Source: Thermoplasmata archaeon (lineage in GTDB: Archaea > Thermoplasmatota > Thermoplasmata > Thermoplasmatales > Thermoplasmataceae). Taken from it: DNA of 64,000 nt. Under the pieces are notes generated by a model. The model saw only the letters and a program-made list of their open reading frames with translations, was not told where the DNA came from and searched no databases. Positions within the stretch are counted from its first letter, which is position 1, and each line of letters opens with the position of its first letter. Shown here in pieces: positions 1-8,967 of this stretch. A program made the position numbers and the translations under genes. The stretch is from positions 2,110-66,109 of the forward strand of contig JAJZZM010000015.1 in NCBI GenBank assembly GCA_021797555.1, written 5' to 3'.

Positions 1-725
1 TTAAATTTTATTTGTACAACAGGGTCATCTGGATTTTTTTTAATATTCTTTTGTATTAATTTTTTCATATTTTCATTTTTGGTGGCAGTGTATAAACGTT
101 TACTCTCATCCTTTAATTTACCATATACCTTTACTATGGTTCCTGTGGAATTATAATTTGAAAATGCACGTATAACAATAACTTGCATATCCTCTATTTT
201 CTTATTTTCATTATGATAATAATATAATAAATCATTTGCATAAATTATTTTATTACGAATGCTAATTGATATGCACGGCTCATTATTAATGTCCCATGCT
301 CTAAAATCAATTATTAAATTAACACAAAAATTATTGGTACTATTATTTATTTTATACTTTTTCTCTAAATCTAATAATTCCCAATTATATTTTGATTTAA
401 TATACGAAACGATATATTCAGCAATAGACATATTATCAATATCACCGCTTAGCTGCCTTATATTTTTCAGAGATTGATATGATTCGTCCTTCCACAACTC
501 CTCAAGCAAACCCGGAATATTAGGTATATTGAAATCAGATACTAAAAGATCTTTTTCTTTATTCCAGCCGAAAATATTGTTATTAAACATTTTATTAAGC
601 CCATATTTTAATTTACCACCAAGCTGTTTTACATTGTATGATGTTGACTCTATTTTATAAATAAACAATTTTGGCATTTTGCTTTTATTTATTGAAAAAA
701 ACTCTGTTTTTATGGTATTGTTCAT
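1..725 (-). CDS. hypothetical protein, 5' part only (gene continues past the left window edge)
   Basis: Manual reverse translation from the ATG at 725-723 stays open for 241 codons down to position 3 (MNNTIKTEFFSINKSKMPKLFIYKIES...KNPDDPVVQIKF). It is missing from the ORF track only because no stop lies inside the window. No diagnostic motif recognised. Confidence 0.55.
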   Translation of the reverse strand, partial: MNNTIKTEFFSINKSKMPKLFIYKIESTSYNVKQLGGKLKYGLNKMFNNNIFGWNKEKDLLVSDFNIPNIPGLLEELWKDESYQSLKNIRQLSGDIDNMSIAEYIVSYIKSKYNWELLDLEKKYKINNSTNNFCVNLIIDFRAWDINNEPCISISIRNKIIYANDLLYYYHNENKKIEDMQVIVIRAFSNYNSTGTIVKVYGKLKDESKRLYTATKNENMKKLIQKNIKKNPDDPVVQIKF

Positions 726-1429
726 ATTAGCTTATTTATTTTGTAAATAAATTATTTTCCATATTAATAATAGAAAATTAAAAATAATCATAATTTAAGA
801 TTTTATGTTTAAATATATTTCTCTGAATAAAAAGATTTTTATTAATTAATAAGTCAGTAAATCCTGAAAATATATAAAATGCTGCTAAAGTTATAATTAT
901 GTAACATGTAAAATAAATAATATTTCTATTAATAAGTTTTTGTCAATATTTATATAATTGTGTTGTCCCATTATTATTTCCTTTATATACTTTATAAATT
1001 TATATGATTTCATTTTACCACCATTTTAGATTTGTGGCCATAGAAGGTGTAATCATATTATAACCATCTGGAAATGAATCATGTATTTTTTCATAAATTT
1101 GTATAGCACTGCCACACTGTAAAATATGGCTTTAATGACCTAATGGCAATATTTTAAATATTATTCTTTATATATTATTATATTTATTTTCTCATCAGTT
1201 TTCATTTTAGATTTACATTCTTTTTATTATATTGTTACTTGGTATATGGCAAATATTTACGGGATATCATAATCACCATTCTAAATATATTTTTATAATT
1301 AATCCTTTTAAGGTAAATATTAATACTGAAAAATAATTAAACAGTTAATAAAAATAATAATATTATCATTTTATATTTATTATAATTATAAAATAAAAAA
1401 TTTTAAATGCATGAAAGCATTAACACATC

Positions 1430-1972
1430 ATGGAAAACCTCAATGACCTATTGTATATATTAATATATGCGAGGGGGAAATCACTGAAGGATAATGAAGC
1501 CATACCAACAAAAATACACCTTCAAAAGGAAATATTTCTTCTTCAAAGGCGATACCCTTTCACTGAATTAAACCATAAATATAATTTTATACCCTTATAT
1601 TACGGACCATTCTCCAAAGAAGTTGCAATAGACCTCAATAAAGGAATAGATTCGGGGTTAATATCATGTAGTAATGGAATATTGCTTACACCTAATGGTT
1701 TCAAATATGCATCTGAAATATGGAATTCATTTAACGAGGATTACAGGAAAATAGCAATACAAATTAAGGATGAATTTAATAGAATGGATACTGAACAATT
1801 AATAAATTATGTATATGATCATTATCCCAAATTTGCAAAGAAATCCGCATTAAAAAAGGAAAATGTGGATAATTATTTTAATACCTTCTGGACTGAAAAT
1901 CAATTATCAGATGATTATTTTGTTGAAATTGTGCGTAAAAGCAGGGAGAACAGTGCTGAAAATAGTTATTGA
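1430..1972 (+). CDS. DUF4065/Panacea-domain (SocA-like) putative antitoxin
   Basis: 180-aa ORF. The N-terminal half shows the pattern I associate with DUF4065/Panacea antitoxin domains (TKIHLQKEIFLLQ ... FIPLYYGPFSKEV). Its 3' end overlaps the GTG start of the downstream PIN gene. Confidence 0.5.
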   Translation: MENLNDLLYILIYARGKSLKDNEAIPTKIHLQKEIFLLQRRYPFTELNHKYNFIPLYYGPFSKEVAIDLNKGIDSGLISCSNGILLTPNGFKYASEIWNSFNEDYRKIAIQIKDEFNRMDTEQLINYVYDHYPKFAKKSALKKENVDNYFNTFWTENQLSDDYFVEIVRKSRENSAENSY

Positions 1973-2429
1973 CACTAATGTTATACTTGCTATGTTGTAT
2001 AGCCATAAATCCACCAATATAAGTCCTTCAAGGAAGATATACGATTTATTAATATCAGATCAGCTTGATGCATACTGGTGTGACATATTTTCTGGAGAAA
2101 CTGTTCGAATAGCAAACACTGATCCAAAATTAAGCAAAGTTAAAGGGCCTTATTTTAATTCAAGATTTGAAGAACTGTTAAATCACATGAATGATGTTAA
2201 AATGGATTATGTAAATAAATTTAAGTCATCATTAAACTGGGACCCTAGGGATGTATATAAAATAAATGAAAATGATATTTATCTGGCTATACTTGCGTCT
2301 ATCACCAAATCTAAATATATAATAACTAATGATAAGGAATTTATTGATGCGTTTAATAATACATTTGAAAATAGAACTTCACTGGCATGCAATCCTCTTA
2401 AATTTATTTCCATTGAAAAACTCTTTTAA
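1953..2429 (+). CDS. PIN-domain protein (putative toxin ribonuclease)
   Basis: VLKIVIDTNVILAML at the N-terminus and NDIYLAILASITKSKYIITNDKEF near the C-terminus match the PIN acidic-residue layout. I prefer the in-frame GTG at 1953 over the track's ATG at 1863, which would overlap the upstream gene by 110 nt. Confidence 0.6.
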   Translation: MLKIVIDTNVILAMLYSHKSTNISPSRKIYDLLISDQLDAYWCDIFSGETVRIANTDPKLSKVKGPYFNSRFEELLNHMNDVKMDYVNKFKSSLNWDPRDVYKINENDIYLAILASITKSKYIITNDKEFIDAFNNTFENRTSLACNPLKFISIEKLF

Positions 2430-2736
2430 TAGAATATTAATGGTTCTTATTTGTGATTTAAAAACATTTAATAAAGCCCACTGAATAAGCTATTAACTTT
2501 TATTTTTTTTAATAAAATGTATGTATTTACCATTTTCATATTCTAAATTTACATACCTTGTACTTATCTTCATTTCTTTAGCTAGTACTGTTGATCATCT
2601 TCTTTTATTCTTTTCCCTTATTACATATTTTATTTTCTTATTGTTTAACTTCATTCATTATATTTTTACTGGGTATTTATAGGAAATATTTATGGGACAA
2701 TATAATATATTAATCTTATAGAAAAATTTATATAAT

Positions 2737-3663
2737 ATGCACTTATATATATATATTATGAAACAAAGATTCATAATAATTATATCTGTAATAGTTTCAT
2801 TATTGTTTATTATGATGGCATTTTCAGGAAATATTGATAATAAAAGTAATAATATTATCAATAATGATGCATCAAATAATAATTATATTAAGATAGGTAA
2901 TATTACATTTATGAACAATTTTAATATATCAAATAATGGTATATCATTTAATAATATTAATAAAACAAACATTAACGATATAAACAATTATAATAATATT
3001 TATTTAAGCAATGGAAATAACAATAAAACAATATTCAATGCATATAAAGGTAATATAATATATAAAAATAATATTAATTATACATTATTGTATTTTAAAA
3101 ACACTGATGTTAAAAATGCAATAACATTTACAGAGAAATTTAAGAATTACAAGGTTGAGATAGCAGATATAATATATAATAATTCTAACAATGATAATAT
3201 TTCATATATCTATGCTAATATTGTACCAATAAATTCATCCAAAATATTATTGGGAAATGAATTTACATTGAATTATAAATCTACATATAATAATGAGATA
3301 AAAAACTTAATAAATAGTATAGAATTAATATCATTGAATTATATGAATTCTAACAATAATACATTATATAAATTCGGTATGGAATATTCATATATAGCAT
3401 TAGCAATGAACAATATGTTAAAATTAACAAATAATAATATTAAAAATATGGAAATAAACAAAACATTAGGAATCGCAATAGATGCTAATTATGGATGCAT
3501 TTTTGCTTTAGTTGGTGGTTTTCTTTCCGGTTCTCTTGCTATAGCAACATTAGTTAGTGTTTTATTGGCAACAGGTCCTGTTGGCTGGCTTGTAGGTGCA
3601 ATATTGGTGGGTTCCTATATAGCTTTTGGGGTTTCGTTGGGCGGTATAATTTTTAGCTGTTGA
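2737..3663 (+). CDS. secreted/surface Asn-rich protein with conserved pre-tail segment and C-terminal Cys-X53-Cys hydrophobic hairpin (candidate polymorphic toxin)
   Basis: 308-aa ORF, with a more likely start at the second Met, 2758 (MKQRFIIIISVIVSLLFIMMAF, signal/anchor-like). About 200 aa are Asn-rich with roughly ten N-x-S/T sequons. The tail is GCIFALVGGFLSGSLAIATLVSVLLATGPVGWLVGAILVGSYIAFGVSLGGIIFSC. Confidence 0.7.
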   Translation: MHLYIYIMKQRFIIIISVIVSLLFIMMAFSGNIDNKSNNIINNDASNNNYIKIGNITFMNNFNISNNGISFNNINKTNINDINNYNNIYLSNGNNNKTIFNAYKGNIIYKNNINYTLLYFKNTDVKNAITFTEKFKNYKVEIADIIYNNSNNDNISYIYANIVPINSSKILLGNEFTLNYKSTYNNEIKNLINSIELISLNYMNSNNNTLYKFGMEYSYIALAMNNMLKLTNNNIKNMEINKTLGIAIDANYGCIFALVGGFLSGSLAIATLVSVLLATGPVGWLVGAILVGSYIAFGVSLGGIIFSC

Positions 3664-3672
3664 GGTGATATT

Positions 3673-3876
3673 ATGTTAATAACAAAAAAGATTAGGACAA
3701 TATTTTTAATTGCTGGCGAAGTTTTTTTTTCGTATACATTATTTTATTTATTATATTTTTTTGAGATATATAACAAAATAACATTTTTATATTTATCAAT
3801 AATTATTTTATTTTTTATAATAGTATTACCAATATTTTATATTATTGATAATAAAAATAAACATTTACCACAATAA
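3673..3876 (+). CDS. small two-helix membrane protein (candidate cognate immunity protein)
   Basis: 67-aa ORF starting 9 nt after the upstream stop, behind GGTGA (3664-3668). It has two hydrophobic helices and basic termini. Confidence 0.55.
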   Translation: MLITKKIRTIFLIAGEVFFSYTLFYLLYFFEIYNKITFLYLSIIILFFIIVLPIFYIIDNKNKHLPQ

Positions 3877-3887
3877 TATACTATAAA

Positions 3888-4065
3888 TTTAATAAACAGT
3901 ATAGAATTAATATCATTGAATTATATGAATTCCAATAATAAAACAATAAATAAATTTGGTATGGAATATTTATATATAGTATTATCAATGAATAACATGC
4001 TAAAGTTAACAAATAACAATATTAAAAACATCGAAATAAATAAAACAGTAGGAGTAGCAATAGAT
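3888..4065 (+). repeat. second copy of the ~177-bp conserved pre-tail segment (first copy 3307-3483)
   Basis: Direct nucleotide comparison: ttaataaa(t/c)agtatagaattaatatcattgaattatatgaattc... is shared, and similarity ends right after gcaatagat in both copies. Confidence 0.85.
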
Positions 4066-4251
4066 AATAAATGGAATTGTATTATAAATATAATTGGTTT
4101 TGTTTTCGTAGATCTTCTTACCATAGCAGCCGCGGCAGGTATAACCATAGGCACAGATGGAATTGGAATATTTGCAGTTATTTGGTTATTATCATGGTTT
4201 GCATATTCCACATTTGGTGTGTATAGTGTTGCAACAGCATGCGGGTGGTGA
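3916..4251 (+). CDS. orphan tail module: conserved pre-tail segment + divergent Cys-X53-Cys hydrophobic hairpin, no signal or Asn-rich region
   Basis: The ORF (TTG 3916 or ATG 3925) is homologous to residues ~198-308 of 2737-3663. Its frame is open from 3877, directly after the stop of 3673-3876. The tail is NCIINIIGFVFVDLLTIAAAAGITIGTDGIGIFAVIWLLSWFAYSTFGVYSVATACGW. Confidence 0.6.
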   Translation: MNYMNSNNKTINKFGMEYLYIVLSMNNMLKLTNNNIKNIEINKTVGVAIDNKWNCIINIIGFVFVDLLTIAAAAGITIGTDGIGIFAVIWLLSWFAYSTFGVYSVATACGW

Positions 4252-4252
4252 A

Positions 4253-4465
4253 ATGCATATAGATATAAATAAACAATTAATGAAATTAAAAAAAAGCATA
4301 ATTTTATTATTGCTAGCTGAGGCATTTCAATTAGTATTCATTTATATACCAAATTTCATGGTAAACAATATCTATAAAATTGCCACTTTCCTATCCTTTG
4401 GCATAATTGTCCTTATTGTATATTCATATTTTAATGAAAAAAGCAGGATAATAAATCATAATTAA
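4253..4465 (+). CDS. small two-helix membrane protein (candidate immunity protein of the orphan module)
   Basis: The ATG at 4253 lies 1 nt after the upstream stop (4249-4251), behind GGTGGTGA. The 70-aa product MHIDINKQLMKLKKSIILLLLAEAFQLVFIY... has the same layout as 3673-3876. The track ORF 4157-4465 includes a 5' extension overlapping the upstream gene. Confidence 0.5.
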   Translation: MHIDINKQLMKLKKSIILLLLAEAFQLVFIYIPNFMVNNIYKIATFLSFGIIVLIVYSYFNEKSRIINHN

Positions 4466-4629
4466 TTGAATTATGAAATAATTTCAAAAATTAAGCCATC
4501 ATATTCAGCTACAAGAAATAATATATTATCAATAACCAATATTTCTTAACATTTGTCCCATTTACCTTATCTATATTTAATTTTTCTGGAATAATACCCT
4601 TAAATTTTTATAAAATAATATATAATAAA

Positions 4630-5817
4630 TTATAATCTAACATTTGCTTTATAGGAATATGAATCATTTAATTTTTTTATTGACATGCCGGTTATTATTA
4701 CAGATATAAGGCATAATAATGTTGTTATATCTATTATCAGTAACAAAAAATGATATCCTGTATAATTGCCTATAAATCCCAGCAGAACTGAAATTACACC
4801 GCCGAACAATGCACCGAAATTATAGGAAAATCCGGAAATTATACCACGTACCTCGGGATTTATGCGGTCCATTAAAAGCAGTGGCGGTATGGTCATTGAT
4901 GATATGCCGGCACTGAATAATATAAAACCTTCCAGCTCAAAAGGCCTCAATAGGATTAAAAACGGCATTGCAAACCATGCAAATAATGCCGTTAATAATG
5001 CTCCAGCAATTATAAGCGTTCTCTTCCTTATTATCAGTGCAAGCCTTCCAAATAATATAAACGATACTGATACTGTTATGCTTGATAATATCATCATTAA
5101 TCCAACAATTCCATCAGGAATCCCGAAGGTTGGTGCCAGTGTGGGATAAAATGAGAATATAGAAAATGAGGCGGCAAAATAACTGGACATAATAACAGTT
5201 GATTTTATAAGTGGTATTTTATATTTATTTATGCTTACCTTTTTTCTCACAATTTCTATTTTATCCCTGGGAACCTTTAATATTGCATATGGAACAATAA
5301 TTAATGGAATTGAACCGGTAATTAAAAAATATCTCCAGTTAACGGCCATGGTCGGCAAAAACAGCAAATATGCTACGCCGGTTAATGCATATCCGATACC
5401 ATAACCGCTCTGAATTATGCCGAATACCGTGCTTCTTATACTAACCGGTGAGAACTCATAGCCAAGTACAGTTCCTGATGTCCATTCGCCGCCCATGAAA
5501 ATGCCCTGGATAAACCTTGCAATAAACAGTATAAAAATATCAGGTGAAAATGCCATGATTCCATTAAATATGGCATAGCCTGCTGTGCTAATTACCATTA
5601 TATTTTTTGCACCGTTGCGGTTTGTCATTTTTCCAAGATATAGGCCTCCAAAAAATCTGCCCATTAGGCCTAAAGAAAATAACAATGATACAGCACCGAG
5701 ACCTATGTTATATGATTTTTCAAGTTCAACATATATGTATGTAACTATTGTCAAATCGTATATGTTGCCTATCCATGAACCTGTGGAAGAAAACATTGCA
5801 TGAATATAGCCTTTCAT
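4630..5817 (-). CDS. MFS-type transporter
   Basis: 395-aa polytopic membrane protein with roughly 12 hydrophobic segments and an MFS motif-A-like GGLYLGKMTNRNGAKN after TM2. Confidence 0.7.
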   Translation of the reverse strand: MKGYIHAMFSSTGSWIGNIYDLTIVTYIYVELEKSYNIGLGAVSLLFSLGLMGRFFGGLYLGKMTNRNGAKNIMVISTAGYAIFNGIMAFSPDIFILFIARFIQGIFMGGEWTSGTVLGYEFSPVSIRSTVFGIIQSGYGIGYALTGVAYLLFLPTMAVNWRYFLITGSIPLIIVPYAILKVPRDKIEIVRKKVSINKYKIPLIKSTVIMSSYFAASFSIFSFYPTLAPTFGIPDGIVGLMMILSSITVSVSFILFGRLALIIRKRTLIIAGALLTALFAWFAMPFLILLRPFELEGFILFSAGISSMTIPPLLLMDRINPEVRGIISGFSYNFGALFGGVISVLLGFIGNYTGYHFLLLIIDITTLLCLISVIITGMSIKKLNDSYSYKANVRL

Positions 5818-5897
5818 AACTTATTATAAACAGTGTAAAGTTAAACATTGCTCAATTATTTATGTTTTTATCATTTATTCTCTAATTTTTATTGAAC

Positions 5898-5917
5898 TGT
5901 ATAATTTAGATTATACA
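5898..5917. promoter_or_regulatory. perfect 8-4-8 palindrome TGTATAAT-TTAG-ATTATACA upstream of the truncated ATPase gene
   Basis: Read directly from the sequence. It lies about 60 nt upstream of the 5978 start. Confidence 0.3.
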
Positions 5918-5977
5918 ATATAAATTTATTATAATTTATTTTGGATATATTTTTAAAGAAAAACCAAATATATTATA

Positions 5978-6508
5978 ATGTTGCTTGGAAGGGAGTACGA
6001 ATTACAATTTTTGGAGAATATATACAAAAGAAATAATGACAATATCATAATTATATACAGTAAAAGAAGAACAGGGAAAACATTCCTTTTAAATGAATTC
6101 TCAAGGAATAAGCCAAGTATATATTTTCTTGCATTAAATGAAAGCAAAAGAGAATTGATCAAAAAATTTTCAATCAAATTATCCGATTTTTACCATGATG
6201 ATTTAATGGCGCCTTTTACCTCATGGGATGCTGCCTTTGAATATTTAATTCAAAAAACCATGAAAAACAGAAAAAAATTGCTTGTAATTATTGAGGAAAT
6301 AACAAATATAACATCATCGGATAAATTGTTTTTATCTGCATTATGGAAATATTATGATTTATACCTAAGGAAAAATAATATAATGATTATATTAACCGGG
6401 TCATACATAGATACAATGTCAAATAATATACTATCATATTCCTCACCTTTATACGGAAAAAGGACCGAAAAAATAAAATTAGAGGAACTTAAATTTTATG
6501 ATGTATAA
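5978..6508 (+). pseudogene. truncated archaeal ATPase (Arch_ATPase/DUF234 family), N-terminal 176 aa only
   Basis: LGREYELQFLENIYKRNNDNIIIIYSKRRTGKTFLLNEF parallels the full-length paralogue at 25941-27347 (FINRKYELKFMDD...IIIYGRRRIGKTMLIKKF). It retains Walker A and the LLVIIEE Walker B but stops at about one third of full length. Confidence 0.6.
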
Positions 6509-6806
6509 ATCGGAGCTATAAGATATATGCCAATAAATTGTAATAATTTCATATTTTGAAAGAATGTAAAATATAAAAATATTCCAAGAAAAACCAATGC
6601 CGGGGTTAAATAAAACGTTATGGAACCTTTAATGTGCGCCTTATTTTTCATAAAATTTTAATAATTTTATTATATTTAAAAGTTTTTATTATATTCATTT
6701 AATAATTGATATAACAATTAATGTTTTAGATTAAAAAACTAATAACTTTATAAGATATTCAACTGATTTATAGATAACTTAATATTTAGGTATATAATTT
6801 AATTTT

Positions 6807-7043
6807 ATGGTAAATTTAATGGTTGAAATGGAAAAAAATGGTAAAATATACATTCCAAAGGAAATAAGGGAAAAATATGGAAAAAAATTTTTTATAATTC
6901 CATATGAGGGCAAAATCATACTCTATGATATTCCAGAAAATCCAGTAAAGGATTTGATGAAACTTGGAGAAAAGTTAAGGGATATACCCATTGAAAAATT
7001 AAAAAATGATATAAATGAAGAGGCTTACCATGACATACGCTGA
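6807..7043 (+). CDS. vapB: AbrB/SpoVT-fold antitoxin (VapB-like)
   Basis: GKIYIPKEIREKYGKKFFIIPYEGKIILY is a typical looped-hinge-helix motif. The gene overlaps the downstream PIN gene. Confidence 0.65.
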   Translation: MVNLMVEMEKNGKIYIPKEIREKYGKKFFIIPYEGKIILYDIPENPVKDLMKLGEKLRDIPIEKLKNDINEEAYHDIR

Positions 7044-7380
7044 TACTGACTTTTTTCTGGCAATTTTAAAAAGTTCTGATTGGTTAAAAGAAAATGCAGT
7101 TAAGATTATGAAAAATTATACAATTGAAACTTCCGAGGTAACTTATATTGAATTAATGCTGCTGGCAAAAAAATATAACCTGGATTTTATTGAAATTATA
7201 AAGGATGTTATGGCCATCTGCCATGAAAATAATAGTATATATATCATGGCCGCAGAATATATAAAAAACGGAGTTAATGTTTTCGATGCATTCCATGCAG
7301 CCCATTGCAATGGGGAAATAATCAGTTCTGACCATATTTATGACAAACTAGATATTAAAAGGATAAAATTAGAGGATTAA
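7015..7380 (+). CDS. vapC: PIN-domain toxin (VapC-like)
   Basis: MTYADTDFFLAIL..., TSEVTYIELMLL and NVFDAFHAAHC...IISSDHIY follow the PIN acidic pattern. The likely start is the ATG at 7030. Confidence 0.7.
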   Translation: MKRLTMTYADTDFFLAILKSSDWLKENAVKIMKNYTIETSEVTYIELMLLAKKYNLDFIEIIKDVMAICHENNSIYIMAAEYIKNGVNVFDAFHAAHCNGEIISSDHIYDKLDIKRIKLED

Positions 7381-8301
7381 ATTATTTTAACATATTTACC
7401 ATGTTATTATATATATTCTAAAAAATTAATTTACCATGATATAATATTTATATAAAAATCCAAATTTAAATATTAGTTGAATATAAAGTATTATACCTAT
7501 ATCTCAACAAAAATTTATTAATAAATAGTGGAAGTTTGGATACCTGTTCATATCATAAAAATTATTGAGGAAATTATAGAATAAGATCTAATTCAATAAT
7601 TTGATTATAAATTATTCTTTTTCTTAAAATATACATGAGAATTATCAATATATAATTGAAAGAATATTAAGTAATTTAACAGTACTTGCAAAGGTTTTTT
7701 ATTAGTAATGCTAGAACTGAGGCCATAAAAATAGGCCATATTGTATTATTTTTATGCTGTGAGGACATGTAAATAACATCAAATTTGGGGATATTGATTC
7801 CTGTGAATTAGAAGCACCAACAAAGCCAATAATATCAAAGTGTGTATTTACGCACACGAATATAGAGAATGCATATGAATTTATGTGCATTATAAGGTAC
7901 AATAATATTATAAAAATTCAAAATTTTATATTCTTCCCAGCGCGCTAAAACATATTTGAAATCATCAATTGTTACCATTATTGTATAATATACGTACAAT
8001 TTAGACAGATCATAAATCATATTTAATCTGTTTTAATTGAATATGTATGAAATATTTGCGTAACAACATAGGTTTATAAAATTAAATAAATTATCAATAG
8101 TTAAAGATATCTGCTGGGAGCTTAAGTGAATATACTATTTAGCGATAATCAATACATCTGAGGAAATAATTTGTATATAAAAGAAGTAATAATGAATCAT
8201 TATATATCTGCTTGAGTTTGCAGTTAATTATTATATAATTTCATTTTTATTTTAATTACATAAATGAAAAAGTTATTAATACTGATTATAATTTATTTCT
8301 A

Positions 8302-8685
8302 ATGTATACAGATCTGATCAGTAGCACTATTAATTACATTAAAAAACTGGACAAGCAAAATAGGATAAAATTTATTGTTAATTATGGTTCCTATGCAAAC
8401 GGCACATTCCATAATGGTTCTGATATTGATTTGTGCATTTATTATGATGGAAACCAGGGGGAACGAAACAAATTTAGATTAAATGTGCTCTCAGAAATAA
8501 ATGATATTTTTGATGTGCACATATTTCAGGATCTGCCACTTTATATAAGATTCAGTGTTTTGAAGGGAAAAATACTCTATTATAAAGATAAGGATATATA
8601 TGACATTTTTAGATTAACAATAGAGGAATATGAGGATTATAAACGCGGATATTATGATTATATAAACCTGGAGAAGATACAATGA
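8302..8685 (+). CDS. mntA: MNT-type nucleotidyltransferase antitoxin (DUF1814-unrelated minimal NTase)
   Basis: GSYANGTFHNGSDIDLCIY is the G-S...D-x-D polymerase-beta-type NTase motif. It has an ATGA overlap with the HepT start. Confidence 0.75.
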   Translation: MYTDLISSTINYIKKLDKQNRIKFIVNYGSYANGTFHNGSDIDLCIYYDGNQGERNKFRLNVLSEINDIFDVHIFQDLPLYIRFSVLKGKILYYKDKDIYDIFRLTIEEYEDYKRGYYDYINLEKIQ

Positions 8686-8753
8686 GAAATGATATAATAA
8701 GGAATAAAATAACCGAATCCAAGAAAGTTTGGAATTAATATGGGATAATTTAC
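8682..8753 (+). pseudogene. hepT: HepT (HEPN/DUF86) toxin, 5' fragment, interrupted by an IS and apparently frameshifted
   Basis: The ATG at 8682 gives MRNDIIRNKI, then the frame dies at 8736. The +2 frame, open from 8708, reads NRIQESLELIWDNL up to the TTAC at 8750-8753. Confidence 0.65.
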
Positions 8754-8967
8754 AAATCAACATACCAGAAAGAAAGCCACTGAGTTTACGATGTGGATGA
8801 ATTTCCGGAAATAAGGAAATTAAATATTTAATAAATAATTATCAATTTGAATGTTTTCATAATTTATGAATGATGTGATTTTTAAAATGATGATAAATTA
8901 TATATTTTTAGAATAAATACAATAAATAATAATATTTATATAATATTATAATATTTAAAATAAATCA

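Noticed and set aside
2870-3300. Highly repetitive aat-rich DNA that could be mistaken for a tandem repeat or CRISPR-like array
   Set aside because: It is in frame within a long ORF (Asn-rich low-complexity coding). It shows no regular repeat/spacer periodicity. No CRISPR array was seen anywhere in the window.
4157-4325. The 5' extension of track ORF 4157-4465, and the 134-aa minus-strand ORF 3921-4325
   Set aside because: Both overlap the better-supported orphan tail gene. The internal ATG at 4253, which has a GGTGA-type motif and parallels the first module, is the credible start.
8786-8789. Second TTAC considered as an alternative left boundary of the IS (this junction is also in frame with the HepT 3' part)
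   Set aside because: Sequence 8763-8797 is conserved in the mini-element at 40099-40243, so it belongs to the element. The shorter junction also gives a HepT N-terminus of more typical length.
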